IMG/VR virus record: IMGVR_UViG_3300048580_000526
Span: 25,964-89,963 of that record
Origin: a virus
DNA length: 64,000 nt
Reading direction: 5' to 3' (one strand)
Shown here: positions 32,427 through 43,234 of the stretch, in pieces
Layout of the letters: every line of letters begins with the position of its first letter
Position numbering within the stretch: position 1 is the stretch's first letter
Translations under genes and position numbers: made by a program
Notes under the pieces: generated by a model
Databases searched by the model: none
What the model was told of the DNA's origin: nothing
What the model saw: the letters and a program-made list of their open reading frames with translations, nothing else

Positions 32427-33680
32427 CTAAACGACCACTTTCGCTTTATTGAGCCGAAGGGAGACTGTGGACTTCCCTCTGTCAAGCATAAATTTACTAT
32501 TATTTATCCCAAGAGTCAATATTTGTTTGGCTCCATGAATATCTGCATCTTCTTTATGCCCACATTTCCTACAAATGAATAATTCGCCGTTGCGGTTATC
32601 CTTTTCGCAGTGCCCACATATTCTACAAGCCTGACTTGTATATTCAGGATAGATCAGACCCACATGGACTCCATGAGTTTCTGCTTTGTAGATTATGTTT
32701 TGATTAATGAATGAATAACTCCAGTGGTGCTTATTAAATCCGTTGGAGTATTTTCCATTATTTACTTTCATATATTTTAAATTTTCCAAATATATCTGAT
32801 TAACATTATTCCAATCAATATCATGATTTAGACTATAACCTATTTGGTTATTCATAAATTTCTTTATATCATTTATATTTTTACTATAATATCCTATTTG
32901 TTTTGTTTTATTATGTTTCTTATTATAATTTGTTCTATTCAGAGCCATGGCTTTAAATTTGGTATTTAATTTAGCGATCAATTCAGTTAATAATAATCCA
33001 TTTTTATGGGTCGTTTCCACTTTTCCGTCTGATACAGAGATACATTTGTTCATCCCAATATCAATACCCAAAACACCTGTATTGGAGTTATAAGTTAATT
33101 CTTTTTTAAAATATAAATCAATGCTACCATTTGGTCTAATCCTGATACTTTTGGTATTCAATGAATATCCTTGTTGGATTAAATTATTATGATATCTGGA
33201 CAATTTAATCGGTATAGTGATTTTTGGTTCTCTGGGCATTTTAATATGGATATAATGACTAAAAAATTTAGAGGTAGATACTTGTATTTCAACAGTTCGT
33301 TGGTCTAAATCAATCCCTCCTGTAAATTTTGGTGGAACCCATGTTGGGTCATTCAACGCTTTTAATAATTCAGTTTGGTATTTTGTTGGTGATTGATTTT
33401 TTAATGCCTTTTCTGCTTTATTAACTATTGACCTTGTAACTGATGATGCTGTTTTTGTCAAACATTGAGTTAATATTGCAGAAGCTGATTTAATTTGGTC
33501 TGTAATATGTTTTGGTGGAAATTGTTGTATTTCGTTGGTGGCTTTATAATCATTAAATAATAATTCTATTGATTGATTGATAATTGGTTGGTTGATGGAA
33601 ACGAAAGATATTAAATATTTCACCTTTTGTTTATTTGCGTGTTTCAAATTAATATTGGCTGTTCTATTTAATATCTTCAT
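32427..33680 (-). mobile_element. tnpB: IS200/IS605-family TnpB RNA-guided nuclease with no tnpA nearby
   Basis: RuvC-I LGIDIG, RuvC-II YLENL, YTSQACRICGH and CRKCGH zinc ribbon, RuvC-III DADIHGAKQI. Confidence 0.85.
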
Positions 33681-33695
33681 TTCTTTATTATACTC

Positions 33696-33875
33696 TTATT
33701 TGTCTTCGTTGTCCAATTCATTTATGGTTTGTTCTAATTTCAACTCTATTTTTTTACTATCAAGCCAGAATTCATAAATCATCGAAAGGTCGTCGCCATA
33801 TTTTTTTGACCTTTCCCTATAATATTCTAAATTCTCTAATAATTGTTTTTTAATTTGTTCGTTATGATTTGACAT
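33696..33875 (-). CDS. hypothetical protein (59 aa) upstream of tnpB
   Basis: AGGAGG RBS before ATG 33875; ends 15 nt before tnpB. Confidence 0.55.
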   Translation of the reverse strand: MSNHNEQIKKQLLENLEYYRERSKKYGDDLSMIYEFWLDSKKIELKLEQTINELDNEDK

Positions 33876-33892
33876 AATATGTCCTCCTATTG

Positions 33893-33992
33893 TATAAATA
33901 TAATTGTATAAGAAAGAAACGCGGATTAACTCCTGTTGTTCGCTGAAATGGAGGTTAAGCACTCCATTTCCTTTCTTATATATTTATTTATC
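33893..33992. other. structured inverted-repeat element bracketed by convergent late-promoter boxes
   Basis: TATAAGAAAG 33907-16 pairs with CTTTCTTATA 33971-80; inner hairpin GAAATGGAG 33945-53 with CTCCATTTC 33962-70; TATAAATA (+) 33893-900 and GATAAATA (-) 33985-92. Confidence 0.55.
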
Positions 33993-34012
33993 AATTTTCG
34001 CAAAAAAGTGCC

Positions 34013-34288
34013 TCAAATAGATGAAAAAATCGACTTTTTTAATCTATATTTTTCCTTATTTTTCTTACTGATTTCTTCTTTATGGGACTCATAATATTTT
34101 TTATCATATCCAACCCTTTCATATTCATGTTTTTGGCTGGTAATCTTACAACATTCGACACAGGTACCATTTAAAGTATATCTATCTGATAAATGCCCAT
34201 TTCGACAAGGCTTGCCTGTATTATACTTGTCCAGTCCCTGTGCTTTCGCTTCTTTTCTTTTCATCTTCATCCTTTTTCTTTTGGGCAA
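34013..34288 (-). CDS. Zn-binding domain typical of phage HNH N-termini, without a nuclease domain
   Basis: RKEAKAQGLDKYNTGKPCRNGHLSDRYTLNGTCVEC. Confidence 0.55.
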   Translation of the reverse strand: MPKRKRMKMKRKEAKAQGLDKYNTGKPCRNGHLSDRYTLNGTCVECCKITSQKHEYERVGYDKKYYESHKEEISKKNKEKYRLKKSIFSSI

Positions 34289-34427
34289 TATCAGCCAATT
34301 TCTTTTCTTTAGATATTTCTGCTTTGCGGTCTTTATCCAATTTTTCTTGCCTGTCTTTAACCAATTGTTTTTTGGCTAATTTTATATGCTGTTCTGTGTC
34401 TTCATTAACTATTTCATGCCATCTCAT
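34221..34427 (-). CDS. small charged protein, possible internal head protein
   Basis: MRWHEIVNE N-terminus; minus-strand GATAAATA box at about 34456-34463. Confidence 0.5.
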   Translation of the reverse strand: MRWHEIVNEDTEQHIKLAKKQLVKDRQEKLDKDRKAEISKEKKLADIAQKKKDEDEKKRSESTGTGQV

Positions 34428-34524
34428 AATAAAATACCTTCTTTTAATGTAAAAGTATTTATCAATACTGGGTCTAAAATGATAAATACTTTTATAAATA
34501 ATATTTAATTGAAGGAAACATAAC

Positions 34525-36216
34525 ATGCCATACACAATCAATAAGTATAACGGTGAATTATTAACCAGTATAAATGATGGTCAGATTGACACATCATCTA
34601 CATCTTTACGACTTTTGGGTAAAGGTTCAACCAATTATGGGGAATTGACTGCTGAAAATTTCATATTCTTGTTGGAAAATTTCGCAAGAACTAATTCACC
34701 ATCAAATCCATTAGTTGGACAATTGTGGTACCATTTAAATGCCAATGGCACAGGTAATCATATTCTGAAAATCTGTACAGCGATAACACCTGCGATAGTT
34801 TGGGAAGGTATAAATGAAATCAACAAAGACGCAATTGGTTCTGCTGTAGGTTCTGGTCGTCCACCATTGCCATCAAGTGGTACCACTTATTGGAATGGTA
34901 GTCAGTTGGAAGCATATTGCCCAACATACCCCTTTAATGGTGGTTGGAGAATAATTGGTCCGATTGCCCCAGCTGCAAATAATACCCTTACCAACAATCT
35001 TCAAAGTGATGTTTATTATGATGTTATTACCGATAGTGCAAATGTCACCCATGGCGTTGTTGTAATTGCGACTAATGGCGTACCTGTTGTGATTTTTTCT
35101 GAAACTGCTGCATCTTTTACCCCAAAAGCCAATACTTCAACAGCAAAAAACACACCATTAACAAAATTTACAAATATTTCTGGTGGAATGAACATCAATT
35201 CAGATTTCACCACCGGTTCTGTGTTTAACCCTGTTAGTATATCCACCAATCTTTTACCAAATGGTGATGCCAATTTGACTATTGGTAGTGTATCCAAACG
35301 TTGGGGAATCGTGTATTCTCGTGCTATTCAGTTTGATTATATTAGAACTTCAGACGTTAATGGTAATTGGTCTGGTGAAACTGATGTTAGAACATTGATG
35401 AGAAACAACATTGACAATACCCCTGCATTGTCAAATACCTATAATTTGGGTGGTAGTTCATCAAAATGGAAGAACGTTTATGGGCAAACAGTCAACGCAG
35501 ATACTTTATCTGTTGGTGGCTCGACAATTGATTTCTCCAAATATATGAGATTGGACGCCAGTAATGAGCCAACAACATCTTCTACAAGTTTGGGTTCTCC
35601 TATTACTGCTTGGGGAAAAGTTTACGCAGGTGAACTTCATGTCAATAATATTTTCTTGGGATTGACTGGTGCTACTTCAACAACATCGGTCAGCATATTA
35701 AATTTCGCAAGAAAAGATGATGATATTATTCCATTGATAGATTCTACTAATAATATTGGTAGTGCCACCAATCGCTACAATAACGTATACACCAATACTG
35801 CTACAGTTGCCACCTTGACCGTTAGTGGAACAATCAACAATATCGCTCCAGCGAATTTGGTTAGGACAGACTTGGTTCAAGCATTTACCAAGCAACACAA
35901 TTTCCCTGCTATTTTGTTAACAGGTATATCCATTGCTTGGAACCTTGATAATGCACAAACTGGGCAAGTGGTCCTCGATAGTGATAAATTGATAAATAAT
36001 CCTGTAGGTATGGTGAACGGTGGAAGATACACTTTAATCGTTCAGCAAGATGGTGTTGGGAATCATGTTTTAGCATTCCCATCTGTTGGTTCTGTTTATA
36101 AGTTTGATGCCAGTATGTCATCAAATGTTATGGCTGCAGCCGATTCCACCACTATCTATGAATTTATTAGCGACAGTGCATTTATGTACTGCGTGAATGT
36201 GAAGCAGTTTAGTTGA
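34525..36216 (+). CDS. tail fibre protein 1
   Basis: Shared ~95-aa N-terminal anchor (INDG..DT..L.L.GKG..YGE..AEN..LLENFA..P.NPL.GQ.WYHL); IGS...RW repeats; C-terminal YTLIVQQDGVG domain. Confidence 0.75.
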   Translation: MPYTINKYNGELLTSINDGQIDTSSTSLRLLGKGSTNYGELTAENFIFLLENFARTNSPSNPLVGQLWYHLNANGTGNHILKICTAITPAIVWEGINEINKDAIGSAVGSGRPPLPSSGTTYWNGSQLEAYCPTYPFNGGWRIIGPIAPAANNTLTNNLQSDVYYDVITDSANVTHGVVVIATNGVPVVIFSETAASFTPKANTSTAKNTPLTKFTNISGGMNINSDFTTGSVFNPVSISTNLLPNGDANLTIGSVSKRWGIVYSRAIQFDYIRTSDVNGNWSGETDVRTLMRNNIDNTPALSNTYNLGGSSSKWKNVYGQTVNADTLSVGGSTIDFSKYMRLDASNEPTTSSTSLGSPITAWGKVYAGELHVNNIFLGLTGATSTTSVSILNFARKDDDIIPLIDSTNNIGSATNRYNNVYTNTATVATLTVSGTINNIAPANLVRTDLVQAFTKQHNFPAILLTGISIAWNLDNAQTGQVVLDSDKLINNPVGMVNGGRYTLIVQQDGVGNHVLAFPSVGSVYKFDASMSSNVMAAADSTTIYEFISDSAFMYCVNVKQFS

Positions 36217-36226
36217 GAGATAGAAA

Positions 36227-39200
36227 ATGCCATATGAAATTATTAGATACAACGGTGCCCCATTAGTAGTAATCAATGATGGTACTATTAATACATCATC
36301 AACATCCTTACAATTAGTTGGTAAGGGAGTAGCGACATATGGCGAGGCAATAGCAGAAGATTTGGTTCATTTGTTGGAACATTGCACAAGTCCAACAGAA
36401 CCATTGAACCCAATTGTTGGGCAAGTATGGAATCATTTGGATGCTGGTGGCACTGGTGTTCATATTTTGAAAGTTTGTAAAGCAGAGTCCCCTGTTGTTT
36501 GGGATGCTATAATTCAATCATCTGGTGGAACAATGACTGGTTCATTGATGTTAGCCCATGATCCTGTGCAACCATTAGAAGCTGCGACCAAAAGATATAT
36601 TGATCAACGAAGTAATTTCACAGGATTGTTAGATGTTCCACATTCTTATACTGCTGGTGGTGCAGGACCGGGTTGGGTGCCTGTAATTAATTCTACCATG
36701 ACAGGATTGGAATGGGGTTTGGCTGCTGGAACTGGTGGCGGAACTGTTGGTAATTTGGTTATTGACCATCATGGAGGTGGTCCTAATACAGCTGCTAATG
36801 AATTATTGATAACAGTTGAAAATTTCACAGGAACTGGTTCACAGACGGTTTTTACACTTGCAAGTACAATTGGCTCGCAAAACAGAATAAATGTTTTTAT
36901 TGATGGTATATATCAAAATAAAAATACATTTACGTTGACAGGTTCAACATTGACATTTACAGAAATTCCTTTAGTTGGTTCAATTATTGAAGTTGAAATT
37001 TTATCAATAGTCAACCAAGGAACCACTACATTAGCTACCAATAGCACTTTGAATGTTAATATTGATAGATTTACTGGGAATGGTGTGTTGGTTAATTATA
37101 CTTTGACACATTCTTCTCTTTTAAATTATACAAATGTTTTTATTGATGGTGTATATCAAAACAAAGATTCTTATACAGTTTCTGGGACAACACTAACATT
37201 TACAGAAGCACCGTTAAATACTTCCATTATTGAAATAGAAGGATTGTATATTACAGGTACAGCCAATGATACATTAACTATTAGTGTTGACAGATTTACT
37301 TCTTCTGGTACAACTTATACATTATATGGTTCTTCAACATTGAATTATATAGATGTTTACATTTCTGGTGTATATCAAAACAAAAATACTTACACTGTTT
37401 CTGGGACAACATTAACTCTATCAACTGCACCAATAAATGGAGAGACAGTAGAAATATTGCGACATTCATTTGTTGCAGGTTCTGGTGGTAGTGTGACAGC
37501 TGTTACTAATGAATTATTGATAACTGTTGAAAATTTCACAGGCACAGGCACACAAACAATGTTTAATCTTGCGAGTACTATTGGTTCACAAAATAGAATA
37601 AATGTTTTCATAAGTGGGTTGTATCAAAACAAAGATACTTATGTTATCTCGGGAAGCATTTTAACATTATCAGTCGCTCCACCAAGTGGTTCAATCATTG
37701 AAGTTGAGGTAGTATCAATAGTCAACCAAGGAACCACGACATTAGCCACTAATAGCACTTTGAATGTTAATATTGATAGATTTACAGGAGATGGGTCTTT
37801 GGTTAATTATACTTTATCCCAAGCTTCTTCGTTGAATTTTACTAATGTTTATGTTGATGGTTTATATCAAAATAAAGATACTTATGCAGTTTCAGGAACT
37901 ACTTTAACATTTACACAGGCACCACCAAATGGTTCTATTATTGAAATAGAAGGTTTGTCAGTTACAGGAACAGCTAACGATACATTAACTATTAGTGTTG
38001 ACAGATTTACTTCTTCAGGTGTTACTTATACATTAGCTGGGTCTTCAACATTAAATAATACAGACGTTTATGTTTCTGGTTTATACCAAGACAAATCCAC
38101 CTATACAATATCAGGAACAACAATAACTTTATCAGCGGCACCGATAAATGGGTTGTCCATTGAAGTAGTTAGACATTCATTTGTTGCAGGAACGAGTGGT
38201 TCGTCTGTATCTGGTGGAACAGGAATTACAGAATTTTATAAATCAATTGTTTCATTTACAGGCACTGGTTCACAAACTGTATTCACTTTATCAAATACTT
38301 TGGCATCACAAAACACAGCCAATGTTTATGTTGATGGGGCATATCAGGATAAAAATACTTATACCATTTCAGGAACAACGTTGACATTCGTATCAGCCCC
38401 ACCAAATGCTTCTTCGATTGAAGTTGAGGTGATGGCAATTGTCAATACAGGTACCACCACAGCATCAACATCGAGCACATTGGTTGGTACTATTGGAAGA
38501 TTCACCAGTAATGGCACAACAACATCTTATACATTAGCACAATCATCCACAACATCAATGACTAATGTTTATATATCTGGACTATACCAATACAAAAACA
38601 CCTATACAGTTTCTGGAACAACTTTGACTTTATCATCATCCCCACCAAATGGTTCTATTATTGAGGTTGAAGAACTATCAATCACTGGTACTTTAGGTGA
38701 TTCTTTGATGATTTATTGTGACTATTTCACAAGTAATGGTGTAACATATACATTATCACATTCTACAACTTTGAATATGACTGACCTTTATATAGCTGGT
38801 GTTTACCAAAACAAAAATACTTATACTGTTTCTGGAACGACATTGACATTAACCACTGCCCCAATTAACGGGTTATTAATGGAAGTGACCAGTTATGCAT
38901 TTACAGCTGGTACGACAAGTGGTGGTGGAACTTCCACAAGTTCATTGAATGATCTTTATAAAGTTGTTGATACATTTACCGGCACTGGAACACAAACAGT
39001 ATTCACATTATCAAAAACATCATCATTTATAAACGTGTTTATTTCTGGTGTTTATCAAGAAAAAAATACTTATTCGGTTTCTGGAACAACTTTGACATTC
39101 TTATCAGCCCCACCATACGGAGATAAAATTGATGTTGAAATTTACACAATTGTTGTTTTTGGAACAACAACCAATGCAACAGATAGCACAATTAGTTTGA

Positions 39201-39931
39201 ACGTTGATAGATTTAATGGTAATGGTGTATTATCGTCTTTCACTTTGGCTACCACACCAAGCAATATTAATTCATTGGGTGTATATATTGATGGACTTTT
39301 CCAAGACAAGTCACTTTATTCATTAATATCTAATACAGTTACCTTTACCACCCCACCACCATCAGGGACAAATTTGGAAATTGGTACCATAATTATTTCT
39401 GGTGCATCTGGGGATACCTTGAATTATACTACAAATTCATTTGTTGGTGATGGCACAACAACATCTTATACCTTGACAACATCATCCACTTCATTGTATA
39501 CTGATGTTTATATTTCTGGATTATACCAAGAAAGTTCCACCTATACAGTGTCTGGGACAACGTTAACTTTCAGTACAGCCCCATTGAACGGCGATGTTAT
39601 CAATGTTGTAGTGGAAAAAATCACAAGCACATCAACATCAGGTGGTACAGGTGGACCGGGAACAGTTGAATGGAATCTTATTACAGCAAGCACAGGTTTC
39701 TTGGCGTTGACAGAAGATGTTACATTACATGCCCCTACCCACCAAATACGTGGGAACAAATATACATTGGTTGTGAATCAAACAGGCAATCATGCAGTTA
39801 TTTTTGACCCAGTTTATAAATTCCAAGGTGGAATAATACCAACAATCAGTCAAGGTGCTAATAAGACCGATATTTTCACATTTTTATCAAATGGGACATA
39901 TTTACTTGGAATAAGTTCTCAAAATTTCTAA
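36227..39931 (+). CDS. tail fibre protein 2 with 12 tandem beta-rich repeats
   Basis: Same N-terminal anchor; EAATKRYID; 12 copies of V(F/Y)(I/V)xG.(Y/F)Q...Y..SG..LT...P..G..IE. Confidence 0.75.
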   Translation: MPYEIIRYNGAPLVVINDGTINTSSTSLQLVGKGVATYGEAIAEDLVHLLEHCTSPTEPLNPIVGQVWNHLDAGGTGVHILKVCKAESPVVWDAIIQSSGGTMTGSLMLAHDPVQPLEAATKRYIDQRSNFTGLLDVPHSYTAGGAGPGWVPVINSTMTGLEWGLAAGTGGGTVGNLVIDHHGGGPNTAANELLITVENFTGTGSQTVFTLASTIGSQNRINVFIDGIYQNKNTFTLTGSTLTFTEIPLVGSIIEVEILSIVNQGTTTLATNSTLNVNIDRFTGNGVLVNYTLTHSSLLNYTNVFIDGVYQNKDSYTVSGTTLTFTEAPLNTSIIEIEGLYITGTANDTLTISVDRFTSSGTTYTLYGSSTLNYIDVYISGVYQNKNTYTVSGTTLTLSTAPINGETVEILRHSFVAGSGGSVTAVTNELLITVENFTGTGTQTMFNLASTIGSQNRINVFISGLYQNKDTYVISGSILTLSVAPPSGSIIEVEVVSIVNQGTTTLATNSTLNVNIDRFTGDGSLVNYTLSQASSLNFTNVYVDGLYQNKDTYAVSGTTLTFTQAPPNGSIIEIEGLSVTGTANDTLTISVDRFTSSGVTYTLAGSSTLNNTDVYVSGLYQDKSTYTISGTTITLSAAPINGLSIEVVRHSFVAGTSGSSVSGGTGITEFYKSIVSFTGTGSQTVFTLSNTLASQNTANVYVDGAYQDKNTYTISGTTLTFVSAPPNASSIEVEVMAIVNTGTTTASTSSTLVGTIGRFTSNGTTTSYTLAQSSTTSMTNVYISGLYQYKNTYTVSGTTLTLSSSPPNGSIIEVEELSITGTLGDSLMIYCDYFTSNGVTYTLSHSTTLNMTDLYIAGVYQNKNTYTVSGTTLTLTTAPINGLLMEVTSYAFTAGTTSGGGTSTSSLNDLYKVVDTFTGTGTQTVFTLSKTSSFINVFISGVYQEKNTYSVSGTTLTFLSAPPYGDKIDVEIYTIVVFGTTTNATDSTISLNVDRFNGNGVLSSFTLATTPSNINSLGVYIDGLFQDKSLYSLISNTVTFTTPPPSGTNLEIGTIIISGASGDTLNYTTNSFVGDGTTTSYTLTTSSTSLYTDVYISGLYQESSTYTVSGTTLTFSTAPLNGDVINVVVEKITSTSTSGGTGGPGTVEWNLITASTGFLALTEDVTLHAPTHQIRGNKYTLVVNQTGNHAVIFDPVYKFQGGIIPTISQGANKTDIFTFLSNGTYLLGISSQNF
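36795..39620 (+). repeat. intragenic tandem repeats, four triplets of ~70-85-aa units
   Basis: CTAATGAATTATTGATAAC.GTTGAAAATTTCACAGG at 36795 and 37506 (711-nt period); later triplets are more diverged. Confidence 0.8.
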
Positions 39932-39977
39932 AAATTCATAAATAGTATTATGAATTTTATTTTGAGGATACCAAATT

Positions 39978-41498
39978 ATGACATACAATATCAATACCTA
40001 TGATGGATTATTATTAACCACAATTAACGATGGTCAAGTTGATACCACTTCATCGTCACTAACATTATTAGGCAAAGGTGTCACCAGTTACGGTGAAAGT
40101 ATAGCGGAAAATTATATCCATCTTTTGGAAAACTTCGCAAGAACCACCGCCCCCACCAACCCGTTGCGTGGGCAATTTTGGTATCACCTTGACGCCAATG
40201 GTTCTGGCAATCATGTTTTAAAAGTTTGCAAGAGCGTCAGCCCTGCCACATGGACCACAGTGGGTGGTATTACCAGTGCATCCTCTTCCAACATCAGCGG
40301 GTTCCCTGCCAGCCCTGTGGATGGGGACATTTATTGGGACGGGCACCAACTTTGGGTATGGGACAATACAGCATCCACATGGGCACTTATAGGTCCAATG
40401 TCCACCCCAAACCAAAACACCTCAGTCAAGTTTGATGGTGGATTGGTATCTGACGGAACAGCGTTCAAGAACATCATCAAGGTAGTAGTCAACGGCAAGA
40501 TCGTCGCGATATTCTCTGACACATCATCTCCATTCACCCCAGTACCTGCGTTTAACGATGGTACAGGTGCCACAACAAAATTCCCAACAATTTATGGTGG
40601 GATGACCTTGAATGCAGATTTTATCAATTCCACCCCTTATGCCCCATTGAATGCCAGTTCGCAGCCTACAACTAATAATAGTTTTGATTTAGGTTCCAAT
40701 TCCAATCGCTGGGCAACAGTTTACACTACCACTTTAGATGCTACCACGATCAAAGTCGGTGGTTCATCTATCCCTGTTACCAATCTTATGAAGACCAACA
40801 CAGCCAATACTCCAACAGCAGTATCGTTGGATTTGGGTTCGCCCACTCACCCATTTGGGTCGGTATATGCAAAAAATCTAATATTGGATGATGACCCTGG
40901 TGTGCCAGCTTCTGTTGGTGATGGTGTGTTCAAAGTTCCAGTTGGAACTACAGCCCAACGTCCTGCATCACCTGTAGCTGGTACCTTGCGCTTTAATACC
41001 AACACGCCATCATTTGAGGGTTATAGTTCATCTGGTAATTGGGTATCGTTGACTGATCAAACATCTGGTGATTCTCGTTATCTTCAATTGGCTGGTGGTA
41101 CTTTAACAGGTGCATTATCATCATCAAGTAGTGTTACGTTAACAGGTTCTACTACTTTGACACAAATAAAAGAAACAAAAGCTGCTGTTACAGTGGCTGC
41201 AAATTCTGCAACTATTGATTTATCTGCAGGAACAGTATTTACTATATCATTGACCCAAAACATTACCACAGTGACCTTCAATAACGTTCCATCATCTGGT
41301 TTGGTTGCTGGTATAACTGTATTTTTGACCCAAGATGCCACTGGTGGTAGGACTGTTACTTGGCCATCGAGTGTGGCTTGGGGTTCTGCTAATGCTCCAT
41401 CATTGACAAGCACAGGAAATAAAACTGATATTATCACAATGGTTACCTACAATGGTGGTACCACATGGTATGGTGTATTGGTTGGAAAAGGATTTTAA
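39978..41498 (+). CDS. tail fibre protein 3
   Basis: Shared anchor; PVGTTAQRP..GTLRFNT; C-terminal LTQDATGGRTVTWP. Confidence 0.75.
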   Translation: MTYNINTYDGLLLTTINDGQVDTTSSSLTLLGKGVTSYGESIAENYIHLLENFARTTAPTNPLRGQFWYHLDANGSGNHVLKVCKSVSPATWTTVGGITSASSSNISGFPASPVDGDIYWDGHQLWVWDNTASTWALIGPMSTPNQNTSVKFDGGLVSDGTAFKNIIKVVVNGKIVAIFSDTSSPFTPVPAFNDGTGATTKFPTIYGGMTLNADFINSTPYAPLNASSQPTTNNSFDLGSNSNRWATVYTTTLDATTIKVGGSSIPVTNLMKTNTANTPTAVSLDLGSPTHPFGSVYAKNLILDDDPGVPASVGDGVFKVPVGTTAQRPASPVAGTLRFNTNTPSFEGYSSSGNWVSLTDQTSGDSRYLQLAGGTLTGALSSSSSVTLTGSTTLTQIKETKAAVTVAANSATIDLSAGTVFTISLTQNITTVTFNNVPSSGLVAGITVFLTQDATGGRTVTWPSSVAWGSANAPSLTSTGNKTDIITMVTYNGGTTWYGVLVGKGF

Positions 41499-41511
41499 TT
41501 AGGAGAACAAA

Positions 41512-42204
41512 ATGGCGTTAACAAAATTAGACTTATCATTAATAAATGGGCTTGGTACAGCTGCTATAATGGATGTTGGTACAGGGGCTAACAATGTTGT
41601 TCAATTGGATGGAACAGGAAAACTACCAACCATTGATATTAGTCAGGGGACTGGGCTAACCACTGGACAATTGCCTATTCATACCCATCCTGCGTCAAGT
41701 ATAACAGGGACAATTTCGGCATCAAGTATATCTGGGACATTATCATTGTCGCAATTGGGCACAGGTACAGCATCTGCGTCAACATTTCTTCGTGGAGATG
41801 GGACTTGGCAGGCAATGTCAACCATATCATCTGGTGGTGCAATAAAACAACAATACTTTTCAGCTAATGGGAACTTTACAGTCCCTGCTGGTGTAACATC
41901 ATTAAAAGTATTTGTGGCAGGAAATGGTCCTATCGGAGCAGGAACTAGTAGCTTTGGTAATTATGTTAGTTCAAATGGTGTGTTGGGGGAAGATTTTATT
42001 ATTTATGGTTCGCAAGGTGGGTCTTTTCTGACAGGAATAACAGAGACATATACTTATGGTAATGTTAGTGGGAGTAGTCCTTATATTGGTGGGGTTGGAA
42101 CAAATTGTCGTGTAAAGGTGATAACAGGTTTGTCTCCTGCTGCAGTAATTTCTGTTACAATTGGTGCTGGTGGCGGTGCAGTATTAGTAGAATGGATAGG
42201 TTAA
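41512..42204 (+). CDS. tail fibre tip / receptor-binding subunit
   Basis: MALTKLDLSLINGLG...STFLRGDGTW...FTVPAGVTSLKV (Gly-rich tip). Confidence 0.6.
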   Translation: MALTKLDLSLINGLGTAAIMDVGTGANNVVQLDGTGKLPTIDISQGTGLTTGQLPIHTHPASSITGTISASSISGTLSLSQLGTGTASASTFLRGDGTWQAMSTISSGGAIKQQYFSANGNFTVPAGVTSLKVFVAGNGPIGAGTSSFGNYVSSNGVLGEDFIIYGSQGGSFLTGITETYTYGNVSGSSPYIGGVGTNCRVKVITGLSPAAVISVTIGAGGGAVLVEWIG

Positions 42205-42228
42205 TAAATTTAAATTAGGAGTAGTATT

Positions 42229-42582
42229 ATGATAGAAAGATATGTTATAGTTGAAAATGGTGTTGTGATTAACGCTGTTGTTCATGATGAAGAAAGTGGG
42301 TGGAATCCACCAGAAGGTACTTTGTTGATAAAAACAGAAACTGCCAGTATTGGTGATATGTTTGATGGGACAAATTTTACATCCCCACCAGCACCAGTCC
42401 CAACAGCAGAACAAATCAGAGCCAGCGTTTTGCAACAATTAATTGTAATTGATCAAAAATCAATTAGACCAAATCGTTCCATAATGTCTGCAATTGCAGC
42501 AGGGCAAATTCCTGATGAAGCAGACGTTACAATGTTGAATGATTTAATCAACCAAGCAGCAACATTAAGAGGGCAATTATGA
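42229..42582 (+). CDS. tail fibre assembly / chaperone-like protein
   Basis: YVIVENGVVINAVV...IGDMFDGTNF..P; position after a fibre gene. Confidence 0.55.
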   Translation: MIERYVIVENGVVINAVVHDEESGWNPPEGTLLIKTETASIGDMFDGTNFTSPPAPVPTAEQIRASVLQQLIVIDQKSIRPNRSIMSAIAAGQIPDEADVTMLNDLINQAATLRGQL

Positions 42583-43223
42583 CACAATTTATATTAGTTG
42601 ATAACGACAAAAAAGTATTTGGACCACAACAATGGGATTCGATGGGATTTTCTCTTTTGTTGTTGAATCAATATGGTATGAATATTAGTTTGAATGAAAG
42701 AGAACCGTTAGGTGTGTTTAGATTGAACAATGAATTGGCGTTTTTCCCAGTTGAAATAAATTCCCCAACATATAATCCAGCATATCAAACGCTTTCCAAT
42801 GAAAAAATTGAAATTAGGGATACATCTGCGATTTTAACTTATGATGTTATTGACATACCTGTTGAAGTAGCTAAAAGTCAAGCATTATCAACGCTGGCTT
42901 CTTTGAGGTATGACAAACAGAGTTCTGGTATGAAATTTGGCGATACAACAATTGCAACAGACACATCCAGTCAAGCTTTATTAAATGGTGCTTATAATTT
43001 GGCGTTACATGATGCTGAATTAACTATTCAGTTCAAAACTAAAAAAGGATGGATAAATATTAACGCAGAGCAAATAATTCTGTTGGCTGTTGGTGTTGGT
43101 AAATTTATCCAAAAATGTTTTAGTGTTGAAAAAATACATTATGATAAAATTATGGCAATGTCATCATCGGAACAAATTTTTAATTATATAGAGCACCATT
43201 TAACTGATGGTTGGCCAGAATGA
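42579..43223 (+). CDS. DUF4376-like tail fibre accessory protein
   Basis: LASLRYDKQSSG...IATDTSSQ...FKTKKGWINI...FIQKCF..E. Confidence 0.6.
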   Translation: MTQFILVDNDKKVFGPQQWDSMGFSLLLLNQYGMNISLNEREPLGVFRLNNELAFFPVEINSPTYNPAYQTLSNEKIEIRDTSAILTYDVIDIPVEVAKSQALSTLASLRYDKQSSGMKFGDTTIATDTSSQALLNGAYNLALHDAELTIQFKTKKGWININAEQIILLAVGVGKFIQKCFSVEKIHYDKIMAMSSSEQIFNYIEHHLTDGWPE

Positions 43224-43234
43224 GGATGACATAA

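Noticed and set aside
32366-34524. Cas12f CRISPR locus
   Set aside because: No repeat-spacer array or cas genes lie near the RuvC protein, so it is called TnpB.
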